The notes: generated by a model from the sequence alone, not told the origin. A DNA stretch of 64,000 nt from Sulfolobales archaeon (GCA_038844925.1 JAWBQY010000001.1:152629-216628), one strand, 5' to 3'. Shown: positions 49,577-59,585, numbered from the stretch's first letter. Made by a program: numbers and translations.

Positions 49577-50869
49577 GTGATATTCATGAGTTCCTGGTTT
49601 GAATCATATAAGGATGAAGTAACTAAAGAGTTAGAGAACGAAGTCTTAAAAGTTGCTTTAGAGAGATTCAGCAGGACTTACTGGAACGCACGTAATAACG
49701 CCCTGAGGAAATTACCATACTATAACTATTACAGGAAGAGGGTTAGGGAGATTAAAGCTTGGTCTATAGAACATTTAGATGAGTTAGTAAAGATGACCAA
49801 AGAAAGTGTAGAGTCATTAGGAGGTTCGTTCTACCTAGCCAACAACGCAGGAGATGCTGTAGAATATATATCTAAAGTATGTGAGAGCAGTAATGCTAAG
49901 TTAGTTGTTAAGTCTAAATCAATGGTTACTGAGGAATTATCACTTAATGAGGTCCTCATAGAGAAGGGTATTGAGGTCGTAGAAACAGACTTAGGTGAGT
50001 GGATCATACAATTAAGGAGTGAAAAACCATCACATATAATCTACCCAGCAATACACCTAACTACTGAGGAAATAGCTAGAACGTTCTCAAAAACACTAAA
50101 CATGGAAGTACCTTCAAACGCTTCGAAACTAGTAAGAATAGCTAGAGAGAAATTAAGGCAGAAATTCATAAACGCTGACGTAGGTATTAGCGGGGCTAAC
50201 GTCATAGCAGCAGAAACTGGGACGGTTTTAATTATAGAGAACGAGGGAAATGCTAGATTCGCAACAAACGCCCCACCAGTACACATATGCGTATCAGGTA
50301 TTGAAAAGATAGTCCCAACAGTTGAGGACGCAATACTGGTCTCAAGGGTTATCACCCCCAACGCCACAGGACAGCTAATGCCCGTATACATATCACTAAT
50401 AACAGGGCCTAGCAGAACAGCCGACATAGAATTAAAACTCACATTAGGTGTACACGGCCCTAAGGAATTCCATATGGTGTTAGTAGATAATGGTAGGTCG
50501 AAGATGGTGAAGGACCCAGACTTCAAGGAAGCTTCATACTGTATAAGATGTGGTGCATGCCTAAGCGACTGCCCAGTATACCGTGAGATAGGCGGCATAG
50601 TATGGAGTTATAAGTATATGGGAGGTATAGGAGCTATTTGGACTACATTCACCCACGGACTAGAAAAAGCAGCACCCATAGCATTTACATGCACCACATG
50701 CGGCCGATGTAAAGCCATATGCCCCATGGAGATAGATACACCGAGAATGATCCTCAAACTTAGGGAGAAATTACTTAAAGCTGGTCTAACACCGAAGCAA
50801 TTACTAACAATATCTGAAAACATAAAAGTCTTCGGCAACCCCTTCGGAATCGCTAAAAAAGCGGAGTAA
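49577..50869 (+). CDS. lutB: LUD-domain iron-sulfur protein (LutB-like)
   Basis: 430 aa. It has a DUF162/LUD-type region and two ferredoxin motifs (CIRCGACLSDCP, CTTCGRCKAICP). Confidence 0.6.
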   Translation: MIFMSSWFESYKDEVTKELENEVLKVALERFSRTYWNARNNALRKLPYYNYYRKRVREIKAWSIEHLDELVKMTKESVESLGGSFYLANNAGDAVEYISKVCESSNAKLVVKSKSMVTEELSLNEVLIEKGIEVVETDLGEWIIQLRSEKPSHIIYPAIHLTTEEIARTFSKTLNMEVPSNASKLVRIAREKLRQKFINADVGISGANVIAAETGTVLIIENEGNARFATNAPPVHICVSGIEKIVPTVEDAILVSRVITPNATGQLMPVYISLITGPSRTADIELKLTLGVHGPKEFHMVLVDNGRSKMVKDPDFKEASYCIRCGACLSDCPVYREIGGIVWSYKYMGGIGAIWTTFTHGLEKAAPIAFTCTTCGRCKAICPMEIDTPRMILKLREKLLKAGLTPKQLLTISENIKVFGNPFGIAKKAE

Positions 50870-50914
50870 GGGAGAGACACTTGAAAATGTAGTTTTATTT
50901 AAAATATTTTTAAG

Positions 50915-51358
50915 TTACTTCTTCCTCCTGACCTTCTCCTCAATTTCCTTCTTATACCACTCAACTGCCGACGGATCTGAACCCTTAAGAAGGTTGGCGA
51001 GGTCTGCCTCTAAATTCGAGGGTTTAATAACAGCAACCCATGCATCATCATACGGGTTAGACATGAGTAATTTAGCCTGCTTTCTCAACTGCTCATTAAC
51101 CTCAACTACCTCACCACTAACTGGTGATTCTATAGGACCTACCCACTTAGCAGACTCTAAAACACCTAAAGCCTCACCCTGCCTGACCTTAGCACCCTTA
51201 GGCTTCAGCCTCACGAAGACTATCTGACCCGCCGCTTTAACACCAACATCATCCATGCCAACCCTTACCCTATCAGGACCTTCAACCTTAGCCCACGTAT
51301 GACCTTTACGCCAATAATACAAATCCTCTCTAAGCTCGAATTCTTCTATTTTAACCAT
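50915..51358 (-). CDS. gcvH: Glycine-cleavage-H-like lipoyl carrier protein
   Basis: 147 aa. LESAKWVGPIESPVSGEVVEVN contains the conserved lipoyl-lysine context. No gcvT or gcvP is present in the window. Confidence 0.75.
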   Translation of the reverse strand: MVKIEEFELREDLYYWRKGHTWAKVEGPDRVRVGMDDVGVKAAGQIVFVRLKPKGAKVRQGEALGVLESAKWVGPIESPVSGEVVEVNEQLRKQAKLLMSNPYDDAWVAVIKPSNLEADLANLLKGSDPSAVEWYKKEIEEKVRRKK

Positions 51359-51549
51359 ATTAAATTACCACCACATAACTTATAACTTAATTTTATAAAC
51401 CTTAATTTACTTTATACACTTCTCTGACCGCCTAGGCAGGTCCGAATTAGAGAATCAAATATCCTTCATTATTAGTCAACTTAGGTTAGATTATCAAATA
51501 GAAGAGGTAATAAATAGAATAGACGTAGATATAAGTAGAGGTCGTAGCA

Positions 51550-52935
51550 ATGGGTAGTCCAGATTTAATAGATAAGTTGAAAGATATATTAGGACCTGAT
51601 AAAGTTCTATCAGAAGTTGAGGATATCTACGTATACGGATATGACTCATCAATAGTGTATAGTGGGGTTCCCTGGGCTATAGTTAGGGCATACAGTACTG
51701 AAGATGTTGTTAAGCTCCTTCAATTTGCTGACGAACATCACATACCAGTAATTCCTAGGGGTGCTGGTACTAGCTTGACCGGAGGTCCTGTACCACTTAA
51801 TGGGGGAATAATATTAGACCTAAGACCTATGAATAAAATCAACGTCAACGTAGATGACGGAGTAGTTGAAGCTGAGGCAGGTGCTACAGTTGATGAGGTT
51901 GATAGAGAGTGTAGGAAGTACGGCTTCATGTTCCCTATAGACCCTGCTAGTGCTGAAGTAGCTACGATTGGTGGTACCTTAGCAAACGACGGAGGTGGTA
52001 TGAGGGGAGCTAGATATGGGACTATAAGGAATGTAGTACTCTCCATGGAGGTCGTACTACCAGGCGGTAAGGTATTAAACTTAGGCTCACCTGTCTACAA
52101 ACAAGCACTCGGCTACGAGTTAACTCAACTCCTAGTGGGTTCTGAAGGAACTCTAGGGGTGATTACTAAAGCAGTATTTAAGATAGTCCCACTCCCGGAG
52201 AGGTTAGGACGTATACTAGCATTCTTCAACGACGTAGAGGATGCAGCCAGAGCCATATTCACAATCAGACGGAGGGGACTCCAACCACTAGTCTTAGAGT
52301 TCATGGACGACATCACACTCCAAGCTGTAGACAGTGTCTATAAGTTGGGGTTACCTCCAGCCGCTGCAGCCGTTCTCGCAGACGTTGATGGGTATGCAGA
52401 ATCTATTGAGAGACTCATAAACACATTTAAGAACATATTCATAGAGCATAACGCATTTAAAGTAGATGTAGCTACCGACCCTAAAGAGATGGAGAGAATA
52501 TACGCTGCTAGGAAAGGAGCCTACCCAGCACTATCAAGGCTATATCCAGTAGTCATCATAGGTGATGTCTGCGTACCACTATCTAAACTGCCTAAGATGG
52601 TGAGAGCCGTTAAAGACGTCTCGAAAAAGTATGAGGTACCTATAGCTGCCGTAGGACATGCCGGTGATGGAAACCTACACACCTTCACCGGACTGCATTC
52701 TGCAACAGGAGATGAGTGGGAGAGAGGTTATAAAGCAAATGACGAATTATCATTAATTGCTGTTGAATTAGGAGGTTCAGCCTCAGCAGAACATGGAATA
52801 GGTATGCAGAAAAAACACCTACTACTTAGGGAGTTAAAACTACGTAGTGGTGAGCATGTAGTAGAAATAATGAAGGACATCAAGAAAATATTCGACCCGA
52901 AGGGAATTATGAACCCAGGAAAATTACTTGATTAA
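51550..52935 (+). CDS. glcD: FAD-linked oxidase (GlcD / D-lactate dehydrogenase family)
   Basis: 461 aa. It has an FAD-binding PCMH domain (IPVIPRGAGTSLTGG) and the C-terminal SAEHGIG and NPGK motifs. Confidence 0.8.
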   Translation: MGSPDLIDKLKDILGPDKVLSEVEDIYVYGYDSSIVYSGVPWAIVRAYSTEDVVKLLQFADEHHIPVIPRGAGTSLTGGPVPLNGGIILDLRPMNKINVNVDDGVVEAEAGATVDEVDRECRKYGFMFPIDPASAEVATIGGTLANDGGGMRGARYGTIRNVVLSMEVVLPGGKVLNLGSPVYKQALGYELTQLLVGSEGTLGVITKAVFKIVPLPERLGRILAFFNDVEDAARAIFTIRRRGLQPLVLEFMDDITLQAVDSVYKLGLPPAAAAVLADVDGYAESIERLINTFKNIFIEHNAFKVDVATDPKEMERIYAARKGAYPALSRLYPVVIIGDVCVPLSKLPKMVRAVKDVSKKYEVPIAAVGHAGDGNLHTFTGLHSATGDEWERGYKANDELSLIAVELGGSASAEHGIGMQKKHLLLRELKLRSGEHVVEIMKDIKKIFDPKGIMNPGKLLD

Positions 52936-54097
52936 GGTGTTCGTAATGGCCCACATTAATGAGAAGGAGGAATTCCTAACCAAGGTGAAAGAATTCGTAG
53001 ACTCATGTAAGAAATGCGGCTTCTGTAAGGCAGTATGCCCGATATTTAAGACCAGCGAGTACATAGAGACATACAGCCCTAGAGGGAGGATGCTCCTACT
53101 ACAGGGATTATACGAAGGTAAGCTAAGACCTAGAGAGTATCTAGCATTAAGACTCTACTGCACACTATGTGGTTACTGCTCAGTAAAATGTGTTTCAGGA
53201 CTTGAACTAACTGACGCATACCTAATCGGTAGGGCATACCTACATAGCAATAATGTAGTCTTGAGTGAAATCCGCACCATAACTGAGAACATCTCTAAGA
53301 ACGACAACCCCTACGGCATAGATATTAGCGTTAAAAGCATGTGGATCGACTTCCTGCCAGAAAGACCTACAGGAAAATCCAAAATCATCTACTGGGTCGG
53401 GTGTACTACATCACTTAGAAGGGTTGATACAGCAACCGCGGCATATCAGCTGATTAGTAGTTTGGTTGGTGATGGTGTTGGTGTTTTAGATAGTGAGCCC
53501 TGCTGTGGTTGGCCTCTCTACCTAGCAGGTGATTTAGAAGGTTATAAGAAGCAGCTTACTAAGGCTTTAGAAGCTATTAAGACTTCAGGCGCTGAGGTAG
53601 TAGTAACTACGTGCCCAGCATGTACTAGATCCCTAAGAGATAAAGCAAAAGAACTAGGAATAAGTAATAACGTAAGAATATACCACATAGTAGAATACCT
53701 AAAAGAATTTGAGGGAAGACTACCAAAACTAAAACTAAACGAAACAATAACATACCACGACCCATGCGAACTAGGAAGACATATGAAAATACTAAAAGAA
53801 CCAAGACAAATAATAAACAAAATAGAAGGAATAAAACTAATAGAAATGAGGGGAAACCAACTAGAAAGCAACTGCTGCGGCGGGGGAGGACTATATCTAC
53901 CGTTAAACCCTGAGAGGAGTTCCTCAATAGCTTTAAATAGGTTGAGCGACGTGCCTAGAGGGGTTAGGAAGTTAGTTACAGCATGTCCGAGCTGTGAAGT
54001 TCAGCTAAGCACAGCTGCCCAGAATGCGGGGTTAGATGTTGAGGTATTAGATATCTCAGAACTAATCTTAAAGGCTTTAACCGCTACTGACAGGTGA
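52928..54097 (+). CDS. glcF: Fe-S oxidoreductase with a 2x[4Fe-4S] domain and two CCG domains (GlcF-like)
   Basis: 389 aa with CKKCGFCKAVCP and CTLCGYCSVKC, then CCGWPL...CPACT and CCGGGG...CPSC. The start overlaps the glcD stop. Confidence 0.75.
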   Translation: MIKVFVMAHINEKEEFLTKVKEFVDSCKKCGFCKAVCPIFKTSEYIETYSPRGRMLLLQGLYEGKLRPREYLALRLYCTLCGYCSVKCVSGLELTDAYLIGRAYLHSNNVVLSEIRTITENISKNDNPYGIDISVKSMWIDFLPERPTGKSKIIYWVGCTTSLRRVDTATAAYQLISSLVGDGVGVLDSEPCCGWPLYLAGDLEGYKKQLTKALEAIKTSGAEVVVTTCPACTRSLRDKAKELGISNNVRIYHIVEYLKEFEGRLPKLKLNETITYHDPCELGRHMKILKEPRQIINKIEGIKLIEMRGNQLESNCCGGGGLYLPLNPERSSSIALNRLSDVPRGVRKLVTACPSCEVQLSTAAQNAGLDVEVLDISELILKALTATDR

Positions 54098-54107
54098 CTC
54101 CTTCTAA

Positions 54108-54677
54108 ATGTTTCAATCATTGGCAATATATTTAGAGTTATTCATCAAGTTCTTAAAGATAAGCACTATAGGCTTCGGCGGCGGTTGGTCCATAATTAAT
54201 TTAATTGAAGAGGAAGTTGTTAGGAGGTCTAAATGGTTAAATGAGGAAGAGTTTAGTGATTTAGTAGCTATTGCCGCATCAACACCAGGACCTATAGCTC
54301 TTAATGCCGCTACCTACATAGGTTATAAGGTTGGTGGAGTAGTAGGTTCTGCTATAGCATCCTTTGCCGTAGTATTACCCCCATACCTAGTAATACTTGC
54401 AGTAGCCTACGGTCTTGAGTACTATGTAGATAACCCATACGTTAAAGGGTTTTTAAACGGTTTAAAGGCTGTTGTATTAGGATTATTTACGCTATCAGCC
54501 TACACGGTCTTCCGCAATACTCTAGCCTCATTACATACGTTACCTCAAACATTTCTACTCATAGTACTCACAGCAGTCTTCATCCTCCTACTATATAGGG
54601 TTAAGTTAGACGCCGTAGTAGCAGTAGCTATCGTAGGCTTATTAGGCGTATTAGCTACACTACTTAAGATATGGTGA
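54108..54677 (+). CDS. chrA: Chromate transporter (ChrA/CHR family, single-domain form)
   Basis: 189 aa. FGGGWSIINLIEEEVV...WLNEEEFSDLVAIAASTPGPIALNAA is the CHR signature region. The protein is multi-TM. Confidence 0.8.
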   Translation: MFQSLAIYLELFIKFLKISTIGFGGGWSIINLIEEEVVRRSKWLNEEEFSDLVAIAASTPGPIALNAATYIGYKVGGVVGSAIASFAVVLPPYLVILAVAYGLEYYVDNPYVKGFLNGLKAVVLGLFTLSAYTVFRNTLASLHTLPQTFLLIVLTAVFILLLYRVKLDAVVAVAIVGLLGVLATLLKIW

Positions 54678-54720
54678 CCTCACCAATCAACTTATTACTT
54701 TAAAGGGTGAATATTAATAG

Positions 54721-55053
54721 GTGGTGAACGTGTTTCAAGTAGAGTTAATTGGTGAAGCAAGAATACAGCGTATCATGCTTAATATGGCTCAAATAAGGTT
54801 AAGTCCTGAAGACCTATCAAACCCTGTTTCATTTCAGATAGCCCTCTCCAGAATATATGAGAACCTCATGAAGGCATTAGAAGGAGGTATTAAGTATACA
54901 TACGTAGCCGAGGTAAGATTTAAAGATTCGCTAGGCAATCAAGTTGTCTTCGCGGTGGACTTAGGCGATAAGATCCCGGCAACACCTTCCGAGAGGCTTA
55001 AGGCTAGGATAAGCATCGAATTCTACGAAGAAGATGAGGAGCTATCTAAGTAG
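54721..55053 (+). CDS. Hypothetical protein
   Basis: 110-aa ORF with a non-ATG start. No family recognised. Confidence 0.35.
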   Translation: MVNVFQVELIGEARIQRIMLNMAQIRLSPEDLSNPVSFQIALSRIYENLMKALEGGIKYTYVAEVRFKDSLGNQVVFAVDLGDKIPATPSERLKARISIEFYEEDEELSK

Positions 55054-55087
55054 TTAGAAGCTCATAAGCTTCATAGATATTACGGTA

Positions 55088-55109
55088 GGACTACTGGAGG
55101 ACTACTGGA
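55088..55109. repeat. Perfect 11-bp tandem duplication (GGACTACTGGA x2)
   Basis: Read directly from the sequence. It is intergenic. Confidence 0.9.
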
Positions 55110-55231
55110 AAATTAATCATTTAGATAGGTATTCAAGGAATATAATTAACATATCCTAATTTAAGATATGGTAGTATATATGACACCATGCGATCTCGTT
55201 AGTACAGACCACTTCTGTAGATGGTGGTATT

Positions 55232-55933
55232 ATGAGGGGTAAGGATACTATTAAATTGAGTAGAGGACGAGATGAAGATGTAGACATCATTAGAGTTTTA
55301 GTTGTGAGGTCCTCAGACCTCGCTAAAATCTTAAGCACGCCTATTAGCGGAGATGAAGTATCTGCTAAGTTTGGAAAAATATTTGAGGAGGAATACACGT
55401 TAGCAAACCATATCTACATGTGGAGCGGGTATTCCCAAATACCTACATGGTTCATAAGGAAGATCGCCTATAGATTAAGAAGTGAGGGAATATACAGCAA
55501 GGACTTAGTAGTTAAGGCTTATAGAGCCTACTCAGCCCTTCTGAAAGCTGGAGTCGTCGGTGAGAAACCGCCGACAGCTTTCAGACACTACTCAGATTCT
55601 ATCTTCATAGCTGCGCAGCCAGACCTCTACAACGAATCTGAAAAAACTTACTATGAGTTTAAACTATATCAGATAAACGAATACGCTAGAACCCAGACGA
55701 AGATCTTTGCTTGGGTCTTAAAATCCCCAGTAGTTTTAGTAGGTCTTAAAGAGGATGCCAGCGGTTACATACACGTAGAGAAGGAGGTCATCACACCCCC
55801 AGACTCTATAGACGTGAGTACTGAGGTCTTAAGAACTATTGCTAGACCAGAGCTCTTCTGTGCTAAGTTGATGAAGCCGTTAAAGTACTGTGTTGCGGAG
55901 TATGATGAAAATGAGTACTTCGAGGATTTATGA
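55232..55933 (+). CDS. Hypothetical protein with a possible PD-(D/E)xK nuclease motif
   Basis: 233 aa. ...FIAAQPDLYNESEKTYYEFKLYQ gives PD followed 12 residues later by ExK. No other family signature recognised. Confidence 0.3.
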   Translation: MRGKDTIKLSRGRDEDVDIIRVLVVRSSDLAKILSTPISGDEVSAKFGKIFEEEYTLANHIYMWSGYSQIPTWFIRKIAYRLRSEGIYSKDLVVKAYRAYSALLKAGVVGEKPPTAFRHYSDSIFIAAQPDLYNESEKTYYEFKLYQINEYARTQTKIFAWVLKSPVVLVGLKEDASGYIHVEKEVITPPDSIDVSTEVLRTIARPELFCAKLMKPLKYCVAEYDENEYFEDL

Positions 55934-56021
55934 GAAGGACTACTAAATACTTAATGGTGGTATGCAGAATCAGTTGGTTTTAAATAACTTGAATGCCTCA
56001 GTATATATTTGGGTTTAACTT

Positions 56022-56768
56022 ATGAGGTTGACATTTGCTAGTGCTAGGGTATGGCGTTATATCATGGCTGGTGTGAGTAAGTTCATAGAGTTCGGCTTAA
56101 TTACTGTTGATGAGGGAGGTCTAGCCTTCAAGGCCATAGACCCGTCAAGAGTTTCATTAGTTGAGATGTACATACCTAGGGAGTCTTTCGATGTATTTGA
56201 AGTAGATGGTGAGTTAAAAATAGCTGTAAATGTTGAGGAATTAGGCAAGATCTTACGGAGTTCTGAAAAAGATGATAGGATATCCTTAGAATTTAAGGAG
56301 AGTTCCATGACAATTGAGTTCGAGAGGAAGGGAGTTACTAGGGAATTCACAATACCTCTTCAAATCGGTAGTGAGGCTGAAGCAATTCCTGAGTTAAAGC
56401 TTGAACTAAATAACAGGTTTAGAGTTCCAGGACTCCTACTTTACGAGGGTATTAATAGTATTGAAGGTCTAGGTGATGTGCTAACTATTACGACCTCCGG
56501 GGAGGACCTCCATCTAATAGTTAGAAGCGACCTCGGGGAGGCTGAAGTAGTCTTCAACACTCAGTCGGGGTCGTTGCTTGAGAAAGAGGTTAATGAACCT
56601 GACTTCAAAGTATCATACGGTTTGGAGTACTTCACATATGTTAAATTAGCTATGAGGATTTCCGAAAACGTAGACATACTACTAAGTCCTGAAATGCCTT
56701 GCAAACTGATTTTCAACTTCCCGCAAGGCGTTAAGATGAATTACTATGTCGCACCTAGAGTTGAGTAG
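56022..56768 (+). CDS. pcn: DNA polymerase sliding clamp (PCNA)
   Basis: 248 aa. The two-domain PCNA pattern is present (FKAIDPSRVSLVEMYIPRESF...; C-terminal YYVAPRVE). Confidence 0.85.
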   Translation: MRLTFASARVWRYIMAGVSKFIEFGLITVDEGGLAFKAIDPSRVSLVEMYIPRESFDVFEVDGELKIAVNVEELGKILRSSEKDDRISLEFKESSMTIEFERKGVTREFTIPLQIGSEAEAIPELKLELNNRFRVPGLLLYEGINSIEGLGDVLTITTSGEDLHLIVRSDLGEAEVVFNTQSGSLLEKEVNEPDFKVSYGLEYFTYVKLAMRISENVDILLSPEMPCKLIFNFPQGVKMNYYVAPRVE

Positions 56769-57810
56769 TAAGACTAAGAACATCATTAAGGAGTTATTCA
56801 GAGAGTACTACAGGAAGACCGATGTTAAAGTCCCTAATGACTTTATCATGAGGGAGTTCGCGTTCCAAACATTTGATAGCGAGTCGTATATAAGGCATAA
56901 ATCATTTAGCTCGTTAGCACTACTTAAAGAATATATAGTTTCAATCGTACCTAAACACTCTTACTTCTCATCAGCAATTTACCGAGATCCAGGAATTGAA
57001 AACATGGATGAGAAAGGCTGGATTGGGTCAGATCTGATATTCGATATAGATGCTAATGAAATACCTGGGTGTAAGCCCTTAAAAATAAGCACTTATATAG
57101 GTAATGAGCATCATGAAGTAGAGTTAATTAATGATGAATGCATAGAGCTAGCTAAGAATCATGAAGTAGAGCTATTGGACGTACTTACCAATGATTTAGG
57201 TTTTTCCTACGACGAACTTGAGATACAGTTCTCAGGTAATAGAGGCTTCCACACTAGGGTACACCCGAAGGATGAGTCATGGTTGATGTTGAATTCATCT
57301 GCGAGGAAGGAAATAGTAGACTATTTAAAAGGTGTGGAATTAGACATACGTTACATCATCCCAGTAGACGAGAAGAAAGTAAAGTTAAGTAAGCCGAAAC
57401 CCTCTGAAGGCGGTTGGCGAAGGAGGATTGCTAAGAAGGCCTCTGATATAATTGATGGGGAACCCGCCGAATACTTTAAATCGTTAATACCTAAGTGCGT
57501 TATAGAAGTTGATGAAAAGGTGACCATCGACGTATCGAGGCTTGTCAGAATTCAGGGAAGTCTAAACGGTAAGACAGGTCTTAAGGTAGTTAAATTAAGT
57601 AGTGAGGACTTATACGACTTCAAGCTCGGAGATGAGTTATCCCCCTTTACAGACCATACAGCGATAATACTACCTACAGCAGATATAAAGGGTGTTAAGC
57701 TACTAGGGCATGAGTTAGAACTCACTAAATATATGAGCTTTAGAGTCCCTGCAAGTATAGCTATCTACCTAGCCCTCAATAAATTAGCCTACATTATGAA
57801 ACTCTTATGA
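56746..57810 (+). CDS. priS: DNA primase small (catalytic) subunit PriS
   Basis: 354 aa with the catalytic DLIFDIDAN and FSGNRGFHTRV motifs. It overlaps the pcn 3' end by 23 nt. Confidence 0.85.
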   Translation: MSHLELSSKTKNIIKELFREYYRKTDVKVPNDFIMREFAFQTFDSESYIRHKSFSSLALLKEYIVSIVPKHSYFSSAIYRDPGIENMDEKGWIGSDLIFDIDANEIPGCKPLKISTYIGNEHHEVELINDECIELAKNHEVELLDVLTNDLGFSYDELEIQFSGNRGFHTRVHPKDESWLMLNSSARKEIVDYLKGVELDIRYIIPVDEKKVKLSKPKPSEGGWRRRIAKKASDIIDGEPAEYFKSLIPKCVIEVDEKVTIDVSRLVRIQGSLNGKTGLKVVKLSSEDLYDFKLGDELSPFTDHTAIILPTADIKGVKLLGHELELTKYMSFRVPASIAIYLALNKLAYIMKLL

Positions 57811-57868
57811 GCTAGTAAATGAAACGAAAGGTTAAAACCTCTAATGAAAGAGAACCCAAGACCTAAAC

Positions 57869-59278
57869 TCATAGCATGCAGAACTCAGAAATCAGCCTAT
57901 CTAACAGGACTACTACGTCATTTACTATATCAAACTTTAAGGAATTCCCCCGTATTAAATTCCTAAACTCTTCTACATCAACTAACCTGCATAAGTTATT
58001 ACCCCCCTTCACAAGATCTATACCTAAGTCTACGTACTTAATTATATTGTAGGGGAGGAATTCCGGAGGCGTATTTACATTTACGTACACACCTTTCACC
58101 TTACCATTAGATGAGAGATATTCATGCTTTACCCACCACCTACCCTCACATATCTCTGAGATTATTTTATCACCAACATCTTTAGAAACCCCTAACCCAT
58201 CGTAAACCCCACCACCTGTAACCTCCCTCTCTAAATTAACGCATATGTAATCATCCCTCAACACCCTTGAGATCCTACCCTTACTTAAACTTAACACACT
58301 ACCATCAGGTCTGACATGCTTTATAGATACCTCAGATTCTAATAACTTACTTAGAATCCACTCCCTTAAACATCTGCTTAAAATACTTACGTCAACGGCA
58401 TGTGCTAGAGTATCCATCAAATCAATAACATCTTTAAACATATCTTCCAGACCTCTTAAGCGGTGGTGGTAGGGTGCTGTACTAGTTACAGTATTCCTAA
58501 CACCATCTAGATAATCCTTAGATATGGAGGAGAGTACTATTAACGCTACTTTCTCACCCTCATACACTATATCTAAAGGTCTGCTCTGCACAACTAACTT
58601 CTCAAGCTCATGTAACTTACTAAACAACCTACCCAACTCATCTATAACTTCCTTCAGGTCTGCGTCGTCGACATTACTCCTCCAATGTATGCTATAACCC
58701 TTTCTTACATAGCTCGATGATATGGTTAGTAATTCTGAGATTTTATTCTTATTCTTAATGAAGTTACTAAAGGTTATCTTATTACCTCTACCAACTACTG
58801 CGTAGTAGCCGACAACCCTTAACTTATTAGAGAATACTACACGCTCACCACGTCTTAAGGGGACTTTAATAGATGTTACATAGACTTCAGAGCCTTCAAT
58901 ACATTCGTTAACGTCCATTAAAGGTGCATGCCCGTAAGGTGAGTCAACTAAGCACTCACCATCCTTCTTACCAACTATGAAGGTCTTAAAAGTCGTGTAG
59001 AGACCTACTTCAGGCATGTTTAACACTACGTAAGGCAACTCACTAACTAGTATGTTTACTACAGACTTCACAGCTTCTGGGAAGCCTATCACTAAGATAT
59101 TTGACGGGTCTTCATCATCAGACTTAACCGTTACGTCTGCCACCTCACCTCTCAGATTACTCACACCTAACCTCCTAGCTATGACGTCGCTGACATCGAC
59201 TAATATCAGACCCCTCTCATGTAATATCTTTGAGAGCGCTGTTGCATATACACCTCTAACCCTAACTTTAAACTTCAT
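57869..59278 (-). CDS. FAU-1 / RNase E/G-like RNA-binding protein
   Basis: 469 aa. The N-terminal KVRVRGVYATALSKIL and the length fit the archaeal FAU-1 family as I recall it. Confidence 0.65.
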   Translation of the reverse strand: MKFKVRVRGVYATALSKILHERGLILVDVSDVIARRLGVSNLRGEVADVTVKSDDEDPSNILVIGFPEAVKSVVNILVSELPYVVLNMPEVGLYTTFKTFIVGKKDGECLVDSPYGHAPLMDVNECIEGSEVYVTSIKVPLRRGERVVFSNKLRVVGYYAVVGRGNKITFSNFIKNKNKISELLTISSSYVRKGYSIHWRSNVDDADLKEVIDELGRLFSKLHELEKLVVQSRPLDIVYEGEKVALIVLSSISKDYLDGVRNTVTSTAPYHHRLRGLEDMFKDVIDLMDTLAHAVDVSILSRCLREWILSKLLESEVSIKHVRPDGSVLSLSKGRISRVLRDDYICVNLEREVTGGGVYDGLGVSKDVGDKIISEICEGRWWVKHEYLSSNGKVKGVYVNVNTPPEFLPYNIIKYVDLGIDLVKGGNNLCRLVDVEEFRNLIRGNSLKFDIVNDVVVLLDRLISEFCML

Positions 59279-59294
59279 TTTACTATCTTACCCT

Positions 59295-59585
59295 TCAATC
59301 CTTAATAGTTGAGAGTACAGCCATTATGTTCCAGATAGCTGTCCTAGTATGGATGGGCATATTAGGATCTTGACTCACATCATCTAAGACTCCGACAGCG
59401 TTTGCCGCCCTAACCCCAGGTGAGAGACTCTTATCCTGCAACATGTTGAGAGCCTCTATAGCAGCTCTCCTAATATTCCTAGGAACGCTTGAATCACTAA
59501 CTATCTTATTTAACAGCCTAACAGCCTGAAGTATTTTAGCCTCATTAAGGAGTTTAGTATCCACCTTAGACTCCCCACTCATCAT
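59295..59585 (-). CDS. UPF0147-family protein
   Basis: 96 aa. The helical-repeat sequence [16 protein letters not shown]...PGVRAANAV...[12 protein letters not shown] is typical of this conserved archaeal family. Confidence 0.55.
   Translation of the reverse strand: MMSGESKVDTKLLNEAKILQAVRLLNKIVSDSSVPRNIRRAAIEALNMLQDKSLSPGVRAANAVGVLDDVSQDPNMPIHTRTAIWNIMAVLSTIKD

Noticed and set aside
50041-50880. ORFs of 185 aa and 90 aa antisense to lutB, and ORFs of 109 and 100 aa at 53542-53927 antisense to glcF.
   Set aside because: These coincide exactly with the T-poor patches on the plus strand. A strand poor in T gives an antisense strand poor in A and therefore poor in stop codons. The translations are Leu/Phe/Val/Ser-rich nonsense. 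They are by-products of composition, not overprinted genes.
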